The notes beneath the pieces were generated by a model that did no database searches, had not been told where the DNA came from, and saw nothing but the letters and a program-made list of their open reading frames with translations. A DNA stretch of 32,000 bases from Vibrio cholerae ATCC 14035 (GTDB lineage: Bacteria; Pseudomonadota; Gammaproteobacteria; Enterobacterales; Vibrionaceae), in contig NZ_JHXR01000021.1 in assembly GCF_000621645.1 (NCBI RefSeq), forward strand, positions 30,001 through 62,000, read 5' to 3'. This document shows, in pieces, positions 29,026 to 32,000 of this stretch. The position numbers and the translations under genes were made by a program. Each line of letters opens with the position of its first letter. The stretch's first letter is position 1.

Positions 29026-31887
29026 TTACAGCGCAGCGATGGTCGCTTTCTGCTGTTCAAGCTTCACCAGCGCTTCTTGGTAACCCGCGAGCTTTTCACG
29101 CTCTTTGGTGATTACCGCTTCTGGTGCTTTTGCCACGAAACCTTCGTTACCTAGCTTGCCTTCGATACGCGCAATTTCACCTTGCGTCTTAGCAATCTCT
29201 TTGGCCAGACGATCCAGCTCAGCGTCTTTATCAATCAGACCTGCCATTGGGATCATCAGCTCAGACTTACCAACCAGTGCTGTTGCACACGCAGGTGTCG
29301 CTTCGCCATCCGCCAATACACGAATGCTTTCTAGCTTGGCCAGTGAAACCAGCACTGGCTTGTTCGCTTCGATACGCGCGGCATCTTGCTCATTCGCCGC
29401 TTTCAGCATGACTTCCAGAGGCTTACCTGGGTTGATGTCGTACTCAGCGCGCAGGTTACGGATGCTAGTGATAAAGGCTTTCACCCACTCAATATCATCC
29501 AAGGCTTCTTGGTTGAAGTTGGCCGCATCGTACTGAGGTAGTGCTTGCAGCATGATGGTGTCGCCTTCCACGCCATCGACCAGTGGCTTAACACTTTGCC
29601 AGATGGTTTCTGTGATGTAAGGGATCACTGGGTGCGCCAAACGCAGCGTTTTCTCTAGTACGGTGATCAGCGTGCGACGGGTCGCGCGTTGCTGAGCTTC
29701 GGTGCCTTTCCAAAGAACCGGCTTAGTCAGCTCTAAGTACCAGTCACAGAATTGGTTCCAGATGAATTCGTACAGCGTGTTGGCTGCCATATCCAGACGG
29801 AAGTTATCAATGTGACCATTGAACTCTTTCGCAGCCAGCTCGAACTGTGATTCGATCCACTTGTCGGCCAGCGAGTATTCAAGCTCAGCACCGGCTGCAA
29901 AACCGCAATCTTGCTCTTCGGTGTTCATCAGCACGTAACGGCTTGCGTTCCACAGCTTGTTACAGAAGTTACGGTAACCTTCTAGACGCTTCATATCCCA
30001 GTTGATGTCACGACCGGTTGAAGCCATAGCCGCTAGAGTGAAACGCAGTGAGTCAGTACCGTAGGCTTCGATGCCGTTTTCAAACGTCTTACGCGTGTTT
30101 TTCTCGATCTTCGCTGCCAGTTGTGGCTGCATCATGTTGCCGGTGCGCTTCGCGACCAGAGACTCTAGATCAATACCGTCGATCATATCGATAGGGTCAA
30201 GCACGTTACCTTTCGATTTTGACATCTTGTCGCCGTTTTCGTCACGGATCAGACCCGTTACGTACACGGTTTTGAACGGAACTTGTGCTTTGCCATCTTC
30301 ATCTTTACAGAAGTGCATGGTCATCATGATCATGCGCGCAACCCAGAAGAAGATAATGTCAAAACCCGTTACCAGAACATCGGTTGGGTGGAATACGTTC
30401 AGCTCAGGCGTTTTTTCTGGCCAGCCTAGTGTTCCGAAGGTCCACAGTGCAGAAGAGAACCAAGTATCCAACACGTCATCATCTTGACGAAGAGCAACAT
30501 CCGCCGCGATGTTGTTTTCTGCACGCACTTCTTCTTCGTTACGGCCTACAAACACATTGCCTTGCTCGTCATACCAAGCCGGAATGCGGTGACCCCACCA
30601 CAGTTGGCGAGAGATACACCAGTCTTGAATGTCACGCATCCAAGAGAAGTACATGTTCTCGTACTGTTTTGGTACAAATTGAATATCGCCATTCTCAACG
30701 GCTTCAACCGCTGGTTTCGCCAGAATACCAGCGCGAACGTACCATTGGTCAGTCAGCATTGGTTCAATCACCACACCACCACGGTCGCCGTAAGGAACCG
30801 TTAAGTCGTGATCTTTGATTTCTTGCAGTAGACCCAGTTGTTCAAATTCCGCCACGATCGCTTTACGTGCAGCAAAACGCTCCATGCCTTGGTATTTCGC
30901 TGGTAGTTCGCCGCTGTAAACATCGCTTGCTTCACCTTTGGTGTTAAACACTTCTGCCACATCACGGATGTTGGCATCAAAAGTGAAGATGTTGATCATC
31001 GGCAGGTTATGGCGCTTGCCGACTTCATAGTCGTTGAAGTCGTGCGCAGGGGTGATTTTCACACATCCCGTGCCTTTCTCCATATCGGCGTGCTCATCGC
31101 CCACGATAGGGATGCGACGACCGACGATCGGCAGAATGATCTCTTTACCAATCAGATCTTTATAACGAGGATCTTCTGGGTTAACCGCAACACCAGTATC
31201 GCCGAGCATGGTTTCTGGACGTGTTGTCGCAACCACGATGTAATCTTTACCATCTGCCGTTTTCACGCCATCCGCCAGCGGGTAGCGGAAGTGCCACATG
31301 TGACCTTTGGTCTCTTTGTTTTCCACTTCCAGATCGGAGATCGCAGTGTGCAGTTTTGGATCCCAGTTAACTAGGCGCTTACCGCGGTAGATCAAATCAT
31401 CTTTGTAGAGACGCACAAACACTTCTTGCACGGCTTTGTAGAAGCCATCATCCATCGTAAAGCGCTCACGATCCCAATCGACAGAGGCGCCAAGACGACG
31501 TAGCTGCTTAGTGATGGTACCGCCAGATTCTGCTTTCCATTCCCAAATCTTGTCGATGAACGCATCACGGCCGTAATCGTGCTTAGTTTTGCCTTCTTCT
31601 GCAGCGATCTTACGCTCAACCACCATTTGAGTGGCGATACCCGCGTGGTCAGTACCCACTTGCCACAAGGTATTTTTGCCCTTCATACGCTGACAGCGGA
31701 TCAGAGTATCCATAATGGTGTCTTGGAAGGCGTGACCCATGTGCAGGCTGCCTGTGACGTTCGGTGGCGGGATCATGATGCTGTACGCGTCTTTTGATGT
31801 GTCACCGTGAGGCTTAAAGTAGCCTTGCTCTTCCCAAGTCTTATACAGATCTTGTTCGATTGATGTTGGGTTGTATGTCTTTTCCAT
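29026..31887 (-). CDS. valS: Valine--tRNA ligase
   Basis: 953 aa. HIGH-type motif [22 protein letters not shown] and a C-terminal coiled-coil ([23 protein letters not shown]). Confidence 0.97.
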   Translation of the reverse strand: MEKTYNPTSIEQDLYKTWEEQGYFKPHGDTSKDAYSIMIPPPNVTGSLHMGHAFQDTIMDTLIRCQRMKGKNTLWQVGTDHAGIATQMVVERKIAAEEGKTKHDYGRDAFIDKIWEWKAESGGTITKQLRRLGASVDWDRERFTMDDGFYKAVQEVFVRLYKDDLIYRGKRLVNWDPKLHTAISDLEVENKETKGHMWHFRYPLADGVKTADGKDYIVVATTRPETMLGDTGVAVNPEDPRYKDLIGKEIILPIVGRRIPIVGDEHADMEKGTGCVKITPAHDFNDYEVGKRHNLPMINIFTFDANIRDVAEVFNTKGEASDVYSGELPAKYQGMERFAARKAIVAEFEQLGLLQEIKDHDLTVPYGDRGGVVIEPMLTDQWYVRAGILAKPAVEAVENGDIQFVPKQYENMYFSWMRDIQDWCISRQLWWGHRIPAWYDEQGNVFVGRNEEEVRAENNIAADVALRQDDDVLDTWFSSALWTFGTLGWPEKTPELNVFHPTDVLVTGFDIIFFWVARMIMMTMHFCKDEDGKAQVPFKTVYVTGLIRDENGDKMSKSKGNVLDPIDMIDGIDLESLVAKRTGNMMQPQLAAKIEKNTRKTFENGIEAYGTDSLRFTLAAMASTGRDINWDMKRLEGYRNFCNKLWNASRYVLMNTEEQDCGFAAGAELEYSLADKWIESQFELAAKEFNGHIDNFRLDMAANTLYEFIWNQFCDWYLELTKPVLWKGTEAQQRATRRTLITVLEKTLRLAHPVIPYITETIWQSVKPLVDGVEGDTIMLQALPQYDAANFNQEALDDIEWVKAFITSIRNLRAEYDINPGKPLEVMLKAANEQDAARIEANKPVLVSLAKLESIRVLADGEATPACATALVGKSELMIPMAGLIDKDAELDRLAKEIAKTQGEIARIEGKLGNEGFVAKAPEAVITKEREKLAGYQEALVKLEQQKATIAAL

Positions 31888-32000
31888 AGTGCTCTTTAAT
31901 GGATGCTGTGATGGTTAATTCAGTCTATCGCTATAAGTGAGTTCTCTTGGATAAGAGAGCTTAACTATAAGGATGGACGGTTATGGATATTGAATCTCAA

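Noticed and set aside
31888-32000. Possible 3' end of an upstream minus-strand gene (frame open from the window edge, ...LRFNIHNRPSL, stop at about 31965), plus the small hairpin TCTCTT-N4-AAGAGA (31946-31961) upstream of valS
   Set aside because: Only 11 codons are visible, so no product can be supported. holC would be expected here from enterobacterial synteny, but that is memory and not evidence. The hairpin has no U-tract.

Overview
This is a densely packed, syntenic core-genome window from a Vibrio-like gammaproteobacterium. Protein sequences and gene order match what I recall for Vibrio cholerae chromosome 1, but I cannot verify that here. I can support 33 intact protein-coding genes, all with recognisable housekeeping functions. 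They are thiP (partial)-thiQ; yjgA; pmbA; mgtE; the 11-gene minus-strand cluster yrbG-kdsD-kdsC-lptC-lptA-lptB-rpoN-hpf-ptsN-rapZ-ptsO; the plus-strand mlaFEDCB-ibaG-murA cluster; plsC; ridA; pyrBI; argF; a PIN-PhoH fusion ATPase; rapA-rluA; a D-2-hydroxyacid dehydrogenase; and valS. I saw no rRNA or tRNA genes, CRISPR arrays, transposases, integrases, phage genes or obvious defence genes. Composition looks uniform by eye. I therefore see no evidence for a novel multi-gene system. What remains unexplained is regulatory or non-coding. (i) A classic pyrBI-type attenuator has an unlisted 31-codon leader ORF whose stop codon abuts the terminator stem. (ii) An ERIC/IRU-like 128-bp imperfect palindrome lies in the unusually long (592 bp) yrbG-mlaF divergent spacer, next to about 400 bp of unexplained palindrome-rich DNA. 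(iii) A near-consensus sigma-54 -24/-12 element points at the PIN-PhoH gene, inside a 421-bp spacer shared with rapA. (iv) Probable ArgR boxes lie upstream of argF. (v) There are several clean intrinsic terminators, four of them bidirectional. All motif calls were made by eye and need computational or experimental confirmation.
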